64,000 nt of DNA from an uncultured Clostridia bacterium (GCA_947053595.1 CAMRSX010000002.1:39071-103070); one strand, 5' to 3'; shown: positions 10,463-20,605, counted from the first letter of the stretch. Numbers and translations: made by a program. The notes: generated by a model not told the origin, from the sequence alone.

Positions 10463-10731
10463 AAAAGATGTAAAACTTTCAAAAAAATTAGAGCGGCGCG
10501 GGCGACATTGTGTCTACGCGCCAAAAAAAATTAAATAAATAAAAAAAAGAAAAGAGACGATGATTTGTTCCTCACGAACTAATTCTTCTCTTTTCATTTA
10601 TTTAAGTTAAGAAACCATAAAACCATTCGCTTTTTTAGTTGCTTAACTTATTTATATCATGCGCGGTATTTTGTTTTTTATTCACAATTTTTTAACAATA
10701 TTTTTAATATTTAATATTTAAGCTGCTTTTT

Positions 10732-12684
10732 TTATTTTGCATATTTTTTGTATGCAAATTTTCTTATATAATAATGCAATGGGAAGGCAACAAGCAAAGC
10801 AAAGATTGGGATGATTAGTGAGGTGGCATAGGTTGCCATGCTTTCAAACCTCATTCCGGCAATGATGTTGACAACCAGCACAATCACGCTTGAAAGCACA
10901 AAAACAATCCAGTTTGTGAGGGCGTTGTGCTTAAGAGCGGCTTTTTTGCTGACATAAACTCTGTCGCGAATGAAGGTGTAAATTGCGAACACAAAAAACA
11001 GCAGGGGAACAGCATAGAACATGAAAGTTGTGCTGGTGTTGAGAAGTTTTGCGCCAAACAAGATGCCATAAAACACAGCACAGCCAATGCCAGAAAGCAA
11101 AAACATCAAAACCGAACTGACAAAATTGATGAAATATGTGTTGTGATGCTTTTCCACGCTGGATTTATTATATTCCTTAAATTCAATTCCGTGACTTTGA
11201 TAATATCGCTTCAGCGCAGAATAGTCAGCAAATGTGTCGATGTTTTCATAGTTGTCCACCATTGTCTGTGGCTCTGGTGCAGGGGCAGCTTGCTGAGGCT
11301 TTTCTTTTTTCTTTTCAAACAGCTTTGCCATCATGTCTTTGTAAGTTGGCTCCAGATTGCTGTTGCGCTTTGGCGCTGGCAAATTGCCGTCCGTCACTTC
11401 AATTTCAATGTTTGGAGGGGTGATGCGCTTTTGAACAGGAATTTCGCTGCTTTGAATTCGAGAGGTGATGAAAACTGCATCATCTTCAACTTCTTCTGCC
11501 AAGGTGCTATCTTCCGCTGGCTTTGGCATGGCGCTGGAAAAATTGGTGTTGCTCTGAGAAGCTTCCTCTGAAGGCGCACAGATGATTGGATTTTGATTTT
11601 GTGAAAGCGAACTATACTGATTCTGTCTGGCGTTCAACATTGAAGCCTTCAGCTCTTCAATTCGCGCGCGCTGGATTTCTTGGTCTTCATCCTTTTCATA
11701 CACAACGCTCATTTCAATCTGGTTTTCAGAGAAGCTTTTGCGCTTGCGATATTTTTTCAAATCGTTGGAGGTGTCATAAAGGCGCTTGTTTTGCTCTTCT
11801 TGGTCTGGCGTCAACTTTTCAGTTGCATCCAAAAATTTGGCGTCGTCAGAAGCTTGCATATCTGCGTTTTGGGCGGGCGTGTTTGCTTCTTCAGTTGTGT
11901 TGGTGTTGATGTTGGTTTCTGTCATGCTTGAAACTTGAGTGTTAAGCGCATTTAAGTTTGTGGCATCTTGCGCAGAAAGCGCATCCTCTTTTGCAGGGGA
12001 CTGTTGCAGAATGGCTTGATAATATTCAATTTTTTGTTCATTGAGAATGCGATGAGTTTCTGTCTGCAAAAAGTCTTCGTCCTCTTGTTTGCCAGATTGG
12101 TTGTCAGAAGCGGGCTGAATGGCTGGCTGGCTGGAAACATCGTCCACTTGTGGGGTTTTAAGCATCTCTTCCTCAAAGGCAAAGATGTCAATTTGATTGT
12201 CCACAATGTTTGGCTTAGGTGCTTCTTTGGCAGAAGGCGATGGCTGCGTTGGCTGTTCTTGCATCAGGTTGAAAAGGTTGTCTTGATGCAAAAACATTGG
12301 CTTCTGCTGCTGTGAAGAAACGCTCTCTTCTTTTTCAAGAAAGATGGCGTCATCTGTGCTTTCTTGCAAAGCGTCCTCTTCTTGCTGGCTGAAATTGACG
12401 TTTGCAAACTCTTGAGAAAGCTCTTGCAAACTTCTTCTTCCTGCTGTTGTGATGGAATAATAGTGGCGCTTTCCGCCCATTTCGCTTTCGCCCCAATAAG
12501 AGGAGGAAACCAGCCCTTTCTTTTCCATGCGCGTCAGGCAAGAATAAAGCGTTGGCTTTTTCATAATGTGATTTCCACCCGTTTTGCTGCTGATGTATTC
12601 AATGATTTCAAGCCCATATTTGGAGCCGCCCGAAAGGCTGTCCAACACCAAATATTGAGAGGCGCCATTTGAATTGTATGCCAT
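10732..12684 (-). CDS. PadR-family winged-helix protein with long acidic disordered linker and C-terminal 4-TM domain
   Basis: N-terminal KYGLEII...KKPTLYSCLTRMEKKGLVSSYW...RHYYSITTAG; ~400 aa rich in E/D/Q/S/P; four hydrophobic helices at the C-terminus; AGGAG RBS; TTGACA-17-TAAAAT promoter (-35 at 12739-12744). Confidence 0.85.
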   Translation of the reverse strand: MAYNSNGASQYLVLDSLSGGSKYGLEIIEYISSKTGGNHIMKKPTLYSCLTRMEKKGLVSSSYWGESEMGGKRHYYSITTAGRRSLQELSQEFANVNFSQQEEDALQESTDDAIFLEKEESVSSQQQKPMFLHQDNLFNLMQEQPTQPSPSAKEAPKPNIVDNQIDIFAFEEEMLKTPQVDDVSSQPAIQPASDNQSGKQEDEDFLQTETHRILNEQKIEYYQAILQQSPAKEDALSAQDATNLNALNTQVSSMTETNINTNTTEEANTPAQNADMQASDDAKFLDATEKLTPDQEEQNKRLYDTSNDLKKYRKRKSFSENQIEMSVVYEKDEDQEIQRARIEELKASMLNARQNQYSSLSQNQNPIICAPSEEASQSNTNFSSAMPKPAEDSTLAEEVEDDAVFITSRIQSSEIPVQKRITPPNIEIEVTDGNLPAPKRNSNLEPTYKDMMAKLFEKKKEKPQQAAPAPEPQTMVDNYENIDTFADYSALKRYYQSHGIEFKEYNKSSVEKHHNTYFINFVSSVLMFLLSGIGCAVFYGILFGAKLLNTSTTFMFYAVPLLFFVFAIYTFIRDRVYVSKKAALKHNALTNWIVFVLSSVIVLVVNIIAGMRFESMATYATSLIIPIFALLVAFPLHYYIRKFAYKKYAK

Positions 12685-12739
12685 AAAAAACTCCTGCTTT
12701 CTTATTTCACTATTTATTTTATATAATAAAAACAAATTT

Positions 12740-12843
12740 GTCAAACAAAATGAGGTGGTATGCAAAAAATTTTTGTTGTGCATAACACAACAACATAAAG
12801 TGTGGTATGTGAGTTGTAACACAACATGTTGTGGTGTTATGTC
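12740..12843. repeat. Dispersed paired-palindrome element, copy 3 (extended, 3 boxes)
   Basis: ...TGGTATGCA-N14-TGCATAACA-CAACAACATAAAGTGT-N15-ACACAACATGTTGTGG-TGTTATGTC; last two boxes 31 bp apart; lies between divergent promoters. Confidence 0.85.
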
Positions 12844-12916
12844 AATTTTTGAAAGTATGCAAAAAGAAGAAAATTTGCTTTGAAAAAAAGAAGTTTTGTG
12901 ATATGCTTTTTGTGGT

Positions 12917-13549
12917 ATGAACATTGAAATAATTAAAGAAAAAAGGCGGACGATTGTGCTGAAATTGCAAGGCGGTCAAAGTGCCGTGCTTAGGGTGCCA
13001 AAAAACTTAAGCGAGCAACAAATTGCCGAGTTTCTTGAAAGCAAAAGTGCGTGGCTGGAAAGAAATTCAAAAAAACTGCAGCAACAACAGTTGTTTGCAA
13101 ACTCCTTTGATTTTGCGCAGTTTGCATATTTGGATGGGAAAAAGGTGGGGGCTTTGAAAGACATTCTTCCGCATTTTGACGGGCAGCTGGAAAGCAAAAA
13201 GAAAAAAGCAACAAGGGCGTTTTATCTTTCTCATTTTGAGGACATAGTGCGCCTTGCAAAAGAGATTTCACAGAGAACAGGTCTTTCTTTTTCTGAAATT
13301 GTGCCCATAAACTCGGTGAGAGTTTGGGGGAGTTTCAACAGCCAAAAGGTTATGAAGCTCAACTGGAAATTGGTGCTTTTGCCTAAGCACCTTACTGAGT
13401 ATGTCATATGTCACGAACTGTGCCACGGCTTGCAGATGAATCATCAGCCAAAGTTTTGGAGCCTTGTGGGCAAAATTTGCCCCAATTTTAAGGCGCACAA
13501 AACAGAACTTTCCAACTTTTCCTTTTTGCTGAAACAAGATTTCTGTTGA
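12917..13549 (+). CDS. YgjP/DUF45 M48-family metallohydrolase
   Basis: WGS, YVICHELCH zinc motif, NHQPKFW. Confidence 0.9.
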   Translation: MNIEIIKEKRRTIVLKLQGGQSAVLRVPKNLSEQQIAEFLESKSAWLERNSKKLQQQQLFANSFDFAQFAYLDGKKVGALKDILPHFDGQLESKKKKATRAFYLSHFEDIVRLAKEISQRTGLSFSEIVPINSVRVWGSFNSQKVMKLNWKLVLLPKHLTEYVICHELCHGLQMNHQPKFWSLVGKICPNFKAHKTELSNFSFLLKQDFC

Positions 13550-13651
13550 TTTTGTCTGATTTTTGTTGAAAATTAAAGAATGCGTGTTTTTTGGCTTTAT
13601 AAACGCATTTTGATTGAATATTCTAATCAAAACGACAAACACTAAGAGGGT

Positions 13652-14818
13652 ATGAAAAAAGCATATCTTTCTTTAATAAGTTTTGTTTTGGTTTTTATTT
13701 TCAGTTTTTCCATTGTCATGCCGCTTCGTGACTTGCTGTCACTGGAAGGCGGCTTTTTGGCGGACTATTCGGATGTTGAAAACATAAACAAAACCAACAA
13801 ATTTGGGATGTTTGTGCGCTCGCAAATGCAGGAGAGAGAAAACAGTGTGGGCGGACAAAAAGTGAAGCAAAATGAAATTGTGTTTAAACTGTTTGGCTTC
13901 ATTCCGCTAAAGCGCGTCAGCGTGGTGTTAAACTGCGATGAAGACTTTTATGTTGGAGGCGTTCCCATTGGTTTGGCAATCTGCTCTGACGGCGCCATTG
14001 TGGTGAGCGACGATGCCAAAAGCGCTCTGAAAGAAGGTGACATCATCACGCATATCAACGGCAAACAGGTGGAAGAGTTGGATGACATTCCACAGCTGCT
14101 GCAGGACAGCTTTGAGGAAGTGGAAATTGAATATCTTCGCAAAAACAGGCAATTTAAAACTCTTCTCAAAACCAACAGAGATGACGCGGGAAATGTCAAG
14201 CTTGGGCTTTGGGTGAAGGATGACATCACTGGGGTTGGCACACTGACTTTTGTCAACAAAAAAACGCACGAATTTGGCGCCTTGGGACATCCAATTGTGG
14301 AGGCAAACAGCGGAAATGTGGTGCCGGTTTCTAAGGGCAATGTGTATGGCTGCAATTTGATTGGCATAAACAAGGGCAAGAAAAACAACCCAGGCGAGCT
14401 TAAGTGTGTGTTTATGGCAAACGAAAGAAGCAAGGGCGAAATTGTTGACAACTGCAAGTTTGGCATCAAAGGCACGCTGAATGATGCTTCACTTTTTGTG
14501 GACGAAAATGTCACCGCCAAACTTGGCGGCAGGCTGGGAGTTAAGATGGGAGACGCCAAAATTGTTTCCACCATCAGCGGCATCAGAGAGGAATATGACA
14601 TTGAAATAATCAAGGCAAACTATCAAAAAGCTGCCGATGACAAAAGCATGGTTTTTCGCGTTAAGGACAAGCGTCTTTTGGAGCTTACTGGCGGAATTGT
14701 GCAAGGCATGAGCGGCTCGCCAATCATGCAAGAAGGCAAAATTATTGGCGCGGTTACACATGTGTTTTTAAACGACCCAACCAAGGGATATGGTGTGTAT
14801 GTGGATTGGATGATTTAA
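13652..14818 (+). CDS. spoIVB: SpoIVB peptidase S55 (PDZ + serine protease)
   Basis: LGLWVKD, GVGTLTF, FGALGH, TGGIVQGMSGSPI, GAVTHVF, DPTKGYG. Confidence 0.95.
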   Translation: MKKAYLSLISFVLVFIFSFSIVMPLRDLLSLEGGFLADYSDVENINKTNKFGMFVRSQMQERENSVGGQKVKQNEIVFKLFGFIPLKRVSVVLNCDEDFYVGGVPIGLAICSDGAIVVSDDAKSALKEGDIITHINGKQVEELDDIPQLLQDSFEEVEIEYLRKNRQFKTLLKTNRDDAGNVKLGLWVKDDITGVGTLTFVNKKTHEFGALGHPIVEANSGNVVPVSKGNVYGCNLIGINKGKKNNPGELKCVFMANERSKGEIVDNCKFGIKGTLNDASLFVDENVTAKLGGRLGVKMGDAKIVSTISGIREEYDIEIIKANYQKAADDKSMVFRVKDKRLLELTGGIVQGMSGSPIMQEGKIIGAVTHVFLNDPTKGYGVYVDWMI

Positions 14819-14820
14819 GG

Positions 14821-14865
14821 GGACAGAGAGGTTTCAACTTCGCATTGCTTCGCTCAACATGACAA
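14821..14865 (-). repeat. REP-like short repeat (TGTCAT...CGAAGC...GCGAAGT...TCTCTGTCC family), copy A
   Basis: Reverse complement matches 35623-35667 at 33/45 positions (counted by hand). Confidence 0.7.
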
Positions 14866-14870
14866 ATAAT

Positions 14871-14919
14871 GCACCAAACATTGTGTATTATGCATTGCAT
14901 ACCACACAACATGTTGTAT
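14871..14919. repeat. Dispersed paired-palindrome element, copy 4 (spacing 33)
   Basis: GCACCAAACATTGTGT-ATTATGCA-T-TGCATACC-ACACAACATGTTGTAT between the convergent spoIVB and xer genes, abutting the xer stop. Confidence 0.85.
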
Positions 14920-15960
14920 TTAATCCAGATGATGAATTTTCACTTTGCCAGCAACTGACTTTCGCATGTCTTCGCTTATTGCGGCATAGTGTTTTTTTGT
15001 TGTGTTGACATCTTTGTGCCCAAGCACATCGGCAACAATGTATATGTCTTTTGTTTCGCGATATAAATTTGTGCCAAAGGTGGAGCGCAGTTTGTGAGGG
15101 GAGATTTTCTTGAGTGGGCTGCCTTCTTTTGCAAATTTTTTCACCAAATTTTCAACTGCTCGCACGCAAATTCTTTTGTTTTGCAGCGAAACAAACATGG
15201 CATTTTCGCCTTCTTGCAGCTTTATGGTTTTGCGCTTTTCCAGCCAAACAAGCAAGGCATCTTTAACCTCGCCAGAAAAGTATAAAATTGTTTGATTTCC
15301 GCCTTTTCTTGTGACTTTGAAGGCGTTTTGCGAAAAGTCAAAATCTTCCACATTCAGCCCAACAAGTTCCGAAATTCGGATGCCGGTGCCAAGAAAGAGG
15401 GTGACAATGGCGTTGTCGCGCTCTTGCGTGTTTTTGTTGTAAGTTTTTTGGCGCTGAGAAAAGCTGGTTGGGGAGGCAACCGCATCCAACATGCGTTCCA
15501 CTTCGTCTGTTTCCAGCCTTATGATTTCTTTGTTGTGCAGTTTTGGCGTTTTAACCTTGCTTGCCACATTGCTGGAAAGCATGTCGTGGTCGAACAAATA
15601 TTTGAAAAAGCTGCGAATGCTGGCAAGCTTTCTTGCTTTTCCACGCTCGGTGTTTTTCATCATTTTGTCGTTGATTTCATAGTAGGACAGATATGACAGA
15701 TAGTTTTCGATGTTTCTTGACTGAAGGTTGTCCAAATCTTGAAGGGTGATTTCCATTTTTGGCTTTCTTTGCACAAACTTTTCCAAATAGTCAAAAAAAA
15801 TGAACAAATCCATGGCATAATTCACGCGTGTGAGTGTGGAAGAATTATTTTCGATTCCTGTGAAAAAATCATAGCAAAAGTCTGGCAGCTTTGACAGATA
15901 TTGTCCAATTTTTTGCATGTTTTTTAAATCGCGTTTTTCATAAAAAGACATATTTTTCAT
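14920..15960 (-). CDS. Tyrosine recombinase, XerS-like chromosomal type
   Basis: ERDNAIVTLFLGTGIRISEL, VTRKGG, SPHKLRST, LGHKDVNTTKKHY; long N-terminal domain resembling streptococcal XerS; start ATG 15960, apparently leaderless. Confidence 0.9.
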   Translation of the reverse strand: MKNMSFYEKRDLKNMQKIGQYLSKLPDFCYDFFTGIENNSSTLTRVNYAMDLFIFFDYLEKFVQRKPKMEITLQDLDNLQSRNIENYLSYLSYYEINDKMMKNTERGKARKLASIRSFFKYLFDHDMLSSNVASKVKTPKLHNKEIIRLETDEVERMLDAVASPTSFSQRQKTYNKNTQERDNAIVTLFLGTGIRISELVGLNVEDFDFSQNAFKVTRKGGNQTILYFSGEVKDALLVWLEKRKTIKLQEGENAMFVSLQNKRICVRAVENLVKKFAKEGSPLKKISPHKLRSTFGTNLYRETKDIYIVADVLGHKDVNTTKKHYAAISEDMRKSVAGKVKIHHLD

Positions 15961-15962
15961 GC

Positions 15963-15995
15963 TTTGATTATAGCAAACTATTCGCAAAAACGCAA
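15963..15995 (-). promoter_or_regulatory. xer promoter containing a dif-like site
   Basis: Minus strand TTGCGT-17bp-TATAAT (extended TG), 6 nt before ATG; overlaps TTTTGCGAATAGTTTGCTATAATCAAA, 22/27 identical to 34854-34880. Confidence 0.75.
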
Positions 15996-16181
15996 ACAAA
16001 TTGCCTGTTGTGCCAGTTTTTTCTTTTTCAATTGCCTTTTTAAGGTGAGTTGCCCGCAGAAACGAGTTGTCTTGAAGAAGTGCACAGCAAATCAGCTTGG
16101 AATGCTTTTGCTGTAAGATTTTTTTTAACCTCTTGAAAACTGCTTTGGAATGTGTTATAATTACAATATGAGGGAGGAGAT

Positions 16182-17015
16182 ATGGCAGAAAAAATGAAAA
16201 TTGAAAGTATTGACCTTTGGAACGACCACAAACCATCGCAAGGGGTTGACCCTTTTTTTGTGGACTATTTTGACGGCGAAGGCTTTGAATATGACGAAGT
16301 GGTGCTTGCGCCTAAGTTGATTGGTCACTATGAGGTTAGTTTGGACAAAAACAATCCGCAATCAAAGCTGGATGCCAGTGTTTGTCCAAATTTTAATGGC
16401 GGGATTATTTTCTTAAAGCATGGCAAGCCAATCAGGCTTTATCTTTGCCAAGAAAACGAGGTTGTGTCAAAAGAACTTGGGCATGTTTATGGCATGAAGG
16501 AAATTTTTGCTGCGCTGGAATCTGACGAGAAGGTTTATAAAACGGGGAAAAGTTTGTTTGAATTGCTGGAAGAAAATGGCATTGAGGTGAAGGTGAACGC
16601 GAACATCAAGTCTAGATATGTCTGTGAAAAAGGCTATGCTTCCAAAAATGATGCGGTGCTGGAAAGCGCACAAAATATGGACGTCCTCACCAGCTTAACT
16701 TTTTTGCACAATGTCAACAACTGGGAAACTGCAAATTTTTATCCAAACATGACGTTGGATGTTGGGTTGATTGCGGACAACTTTGAAATTGACATTCATC
16801 ATGAAGGTTACATTTTGGGCGTCAAGCAAAATATTGAAGGCTTGAGAGCGGGGCAAGACGGCAAGAAATTGTATGGCATTGCACTGCAAACCAAAGACAC
16901 AAGAGAGTTTTTGAAGATGACAGACCATGCAAAAAAATTTGCAAGGTCTTGTGCGCTTTTGCCAAGCAAAGAAACCAAACAGGTTGACCTTTCAAAATCT
17001 TTGTTGGATTTGTAA
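16182..17015 (+). CDS. Hypothetical protein
   Basis: 277-aa ORF with GGGAGGAG RBS and TG-n-TATAAT promoter; no motif recognised. Confidence 0.8.
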   Translation: MAEKMKIESIDLWNDHKPSQGVDPFFVDYFDGEGFEYDEVVLAPKLIGHYEVSLDKNNPQSKLDASVCPNFNGGIIFLKHGKPIRLYLCQENEVVSKELGHVYGMKEIFAALESDEKVYKTGKSLFELLEENGIEVKVNANIKSRYVCEKGYASKNDAVLESAQNMDVLTSLTFLHNVNNWETANFYPNMTLDVGLIADNFEIDIHHEGYILGVKQNIEGLRAGQDGKKLYGIALQTKDTREFLKMTDHAKKFARSCALLPSKETKQVDLSKSLLDL

Positions 17016-17241
17016 GGTGTTTGCACAAATTTGAATGCAATTTGCTTGTGAAAGACGAAAGAAAACGGTTTGAAAACAGCCGTTTTTTTGTTTTTTTCTT
17101 TCAAAATTTGGGCTTTGAGTGGCTTTGTCACTTTTGCAATTCGACAAAATAATACACTAAATACTGTCAATATTGGTTGCAATTTAATTTTCAGTGTGCT
17201 AAACTTATGTTCGTTAAGTTTATATACGGAGGAAAAAAGTT

Positions 17242-18516
17242 ATGTATAAATTAAAACAAGAAAACACAAAAGTTGAAATTGAAATAACCATTGATGCAAA
17301 AGAATGGGAAGAAGGCGTTTGTCAAGTTTATGAGTCAAACAAGGGCAGATTTAATGTCACAGGCTTTCGCAAAGGGCATGCTCCAAGAAAGGTGATTGAA
17401 AAGGAATATGGTGACACCGTGTTTTTTGAAGACACTGTGGAATTGTTTTTCAACAAAACCATTGGCGATGTTTTGAAGGAACATCCAAACCTTGAGCCTG
17501 TTGCAATGCCAACAACTCAGTTTGACAGTTTCACTGCCGAAGGTGGGTTGAAGATGAAAATTTTTTATGACATTGTTCCTGACTTCCAGCTTTGCAAATA
17601 TAAAGGGGTGACAATTCCTGTGCACAGTGCCGAAGTGAGTGAGCATGATGTCAAGCATGAAATCAATCATCTGCTGGAAGAACACGCTTCTTTTGAAACC
17701 GTTGACCGAGCAATTAAAGTTGGCGACAGCGCGCTTATTGATTTTACAGGCTTTATTGATGGCAAAGAGTTTGAGGGAGGCAAAGCGGAAAACTATCCAC
17801 TTGAAATTGGCTCTCACAGTTTTATTGACACTTTTGAAGACCAACTTGTTGGGCACAAGAAAGGGGAAACTGTGGACGTGAATGTCACTTTCCCAGAAAA
17901 CTATGGCGCACCTGAGTTTGCAGGCAAGAAGGCGCTGTTTAAGGTTGTTGTGAGAGAGGTTAGAGAAAAACACCTTCCACAACTTGACGACAAATTTATT
18001 TCAAATGCGACAGAATTTGAAACTGTGGAAGAGTATAGAAAAGACTTAACTGCTCATATTCAAACTATGAAGGCAAACGAGCAAGATTCTGAGTTTGAAT
18101 ATAACATGAGAAACTATCTTCTTGAAAACACAAACATTGACATTCCTGAGGCAATGATTGAAAACTCTGTGAGACACGACATCAACCATCTTAAGGAGGC
18201 TCTTGCATCTTATGGTTTGACACCAGAGGACTATCTCAAGCAGACAGGCGGCGGCACTTTGGAAGACTATGCAAACCGCATCCGCGAAAATTCCGTCAGG
18301 GCAATCAAGTCCAGATATGTTTATAGAAAACTGATTGACGAAAACAAGATTGAAGTTTCAAAGCAAGAACTGGATGCAGTGACTGCTGCAGCAACAAATG
18401 AAGATGAAATTTTGAGAAAAGAAAACGAACTTTTGATTAAGAAACTTTTTGCTTTCTTGAAAGAAAACAATAAATTGGAAATTCTTCCTGAAGAAGAGTG
18501 CGATTGTTGCAAATAA
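17242..18516 (+). CDS. tig: Trigger factor
   Basis: GFRKGHAP ribosome-binding motif; FKBP domain (IDFTGFIDGKEFEGG); upstream of clpP. Confidence 0.96.
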   Translation: MYKLKQENTKVEIEITIDAKEWEEGVCQVYESNKGRFNVTGFRKGHAPRKVIEKEYGDTVFFEDTVELFFNKTIGDVLKEHPNLEPVAMPTTQFDSFTAEGGLKMKIFYDIVPDFQLCKYKGVTIPVHSAEVSEHDVKHEINHLLEEHASFETVDRAIKVGDSALIDFTGFIDGKEFEGGKAENYPLEIGSHSFIDTFEDQLVGHKKGETVDVNVTFPENYGAPEFAGKKALFKVVVREVREKHLPQLDDKFISNATEFETVEEYRKDLTAHIQTMKANEQDSEFEYNMRNYLLENTNIDIPEAMIENSVRHDINHLKEALASYGLTPEDYLKQTGGGTLEDYANRIRENSVRAIKSRYVYRKLIDENKIEVSKQELDAVTAAATNEDEILRKENELLIKKLFAFLKENNKLEILPEEECDCCK

Positions 18517-18544
18517 TGATTTTTGATTTGGAGGACATAGAACA

Positions 18545-19138
18545 ATGATGATTCCTATGGTTATTGACCAAACTGGCGGAAGCGAGAGGTCTTATGATAT
18601 ATATTCCCGATTGCTGGAAGACCGCATCATTTTCCTTACCGGAGAAATTAATGATGTGTCTGCTAATGTGGTTATTGCGCAGCTGATTTATTTGGAAGGC
18701 AAAAATCCTGACAAAGACATATATCTTTATATAAACAGCCCCGGCGGCTCTGTCAGTGCGGGAATTGCCATTTATGACACAATGAACTACATCAAGTGCG
18801 ATGTTTCCACCATCTGCATTGGTTTGGCTGCGTCTATGGGTGCGTTTTTGTTGTCCAGTGGCACCAAGGGCAAGCGCTTTGCGCTTCCAAACAGTGAAAT
18901 TATGATTCACCAACCTCTTGGCGGCACTCAAGGGCAGGCAAGCGACATTGAAATTCAAGCCAAACACATGAAGAAAACCAAAAATATGCTTAACAAAATC
19001 TTGAGCGAAAACACAGGCAAAACTCTTGAAGAAATTGAAAAAGACACCGACCGTGACAACTATATGACTGCTGAAGAAGCAAAAAAATATGGCTTGATTG
19101 ACAGCATATTTGTCACTCGCAAAACCAACAATAAATAA
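18545..19138 (+). CDS. clpP: ATP-dependent Clp protease proteolytic subunit
   Basis: [32 protein letters not shown]. Confidence 0.98.
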   Translation: MMIPMVIDQTGGSERSYDIYSRLLEDRIIFLTGEINDVSANVVIAQLIYLEGKNPDKDIYLYINSPGGSVSAGIAIYDTMNYIKCDVSTICIGLAASMGAFLLSSGTKGKRFALPNSEIMIHQPLGGTQGQASDIEIQAKHMKKTKNMLNKILSENTGKTLEEIEKDTDRDNYMTAEEAKKYGLIDSIFVTRKTNNK

Positions 19139-19321
19139 AAAACCATAAATTGGCAGAACTTTGTCTGCAAAATGTCATGAAGCGAAGTTTTTTGAAAGAG
19201 AAAAAGTTGTTTTCCATGAATTTTTGAGAGAGGTTTGCTCATTTAATTTTTGTCTTTTTTATTGACGGCAAGAATATTGGATTTTTATGGATTTGTTATG
19301 ACTTTCAAACAGAAAGGAGAA

Positions 19322-20605
19322 ATGATGAAAGATATTGAAATGTGCTCTTGCACTTTTTGTGGCAGGCCACAAAAGGCAGCCAAAAAACTGATTGCCAGCC
19401 CAAATGGAGATGCGTTTATTTGTGACGACTGCATCAAAATTTGCGGGGACATCATCAAAGAAGAAGAAACCAAAGTTAAGGTGTTTAAAGACCTTGTTTT
19501 GCCGCTGCCAAAAGACATCAAAAAGGCTTTGGATGGCTATGTGATTGGGCAGGAACAGGCAAAGAAGGTGCTTTCTGTTGCGGTGTTTAATCATTATAAA
19601 AGAATCAACTTCAACTATCACAACAAGCAGTCCAAAAAAGGCAAAGATGATTCCAAAATTGCACTGGAGCTGGAAAAGAGCAATGTGCTTATGATTGGCC
19701 CAACGGGCTCGGGCAAGACGCTGCTTGTGAAAACTTTGGCAAGAATTTTGGATGTGCCTTTTGCGTGCGCTGATGCCACCACATTAACGGAGGCTGGCTA
19801 TGTGGGCGAAGATGTGGAAAACGTGCTGTTGAAGCTCATTCAAAACGCTGAGGGCGACATTGAGAGGGCGCAGCGTGGAATTATTTACATTGACGAAATT
19901 GACAAGCTTGCGCGCAAGAGTGAAAATCGTTCACTCACACGCGATGTGGGTGGTGAAGGCGTGCAGCAGGCGCTTTTGAAAATTATTGAAAGCACCGTGG
20001 CAAGTGTTCCTCCTCAAGGGGGAAGAAAGCATCCGCATCAAGAGATGCTGCAAATTGACACCACCAACATTCTGTTCATCTGCGGAGGGGCATTTGTGGG
20101 CTTGGATGACATCATCCACAAGCGCATTTCAACCTCCTCGCTTGGCTTTAATGCCAACATCAAAAACTCGCAGGAAAAGGCAAAGGTGGATTATTCCAGA
20201 GATGTTCAGCCTGACGATTTGATTAAGTTTGGCTTAATTCCAGAGTTTGTTGGGCGTCTTCCAATCATCACGGGGCTTGACAACTTGGATGATAAGGCGC
20301 TGGCGAGAATTTTGGTGGAGCCAAAAAATTCGCTTATCAAGCAATATAAGCAGATGTTTAAAATTGACGGCTTTGAAATTGAGTTTGACGATGATGCCAT
20401 TGCCTATGTTTCTCAAAAAGCCATCGACCTCAAAACGGGCGCGCGCGGCATTCGCACAATCATGGAAACGCGAATGTTGGAATTGATGTTTGACCTTCCA
20501 GATGCAAATGTATACAACAAAATCATCATCACGCGTGACTTCATCGAAAACGGCGCTCAGCCAACCTTGGTGAAGAAAGTTGAAGAAAACAGAGAAGCGG
20601 TTTAA
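19322..20605 (+). CDS. clpX: Clp protease ATP-binding subunit ClpX
   Basis: C4 zinc finger, [35 protein letters not shown] loop; start 19322 after AGGAG. Confidence 0.98.
   Translation: MMKDIEMCSCTFCGRPQKAAKKLIASPNGDAFICDDCIKICGDIIKEEETKVKVFKDLVLPLPKDIKKALDGYVIGQEQAKKVLSVAVFNHYKRINFNYHNKQSKKGKDDSKIALELEKSNVLMIGPTGSGKTLLVKTLARILDVPFACADATTLTEAGYVGEDVENVLLKLIQNAEGDIERAQRGIIYIDEIDKLARKSENRSLTRDVGGEGVQQALLKIIESTVASVPPQGGRKHPHQEMLQIDTTNILFICGGAFVGLDDIIHKRISTSSLGFNANIKNSQEKAKVDYSRDVQPDDLIKFGLIPEFVGRLPIITGLDNLDDKALARILVEPKNSLIKQYKQMFKIDGFEIEFDDDAIAYVSQKAIDLKTGARGIRTIMETRMLELMFDLPDANVYNKIIITRDFIENGAQPTLVKKVEENREAV

Noticed and set aside
14920-15960. Tyrosine recombinase as a prophage/ICE integrase
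   Set aside because: No phage or conjugation genes, tRNA target or att duplication nearby; sequence resembles chromosomal XerS-type enzymes
17154-17169. Single box-like sequences ACACTAAATACTGTCA (tig promoter) and GCAACATATATGCGG (~23552)
   Set aside because: No partner box or TATGCA arm; could be chance in AT-rich DNA
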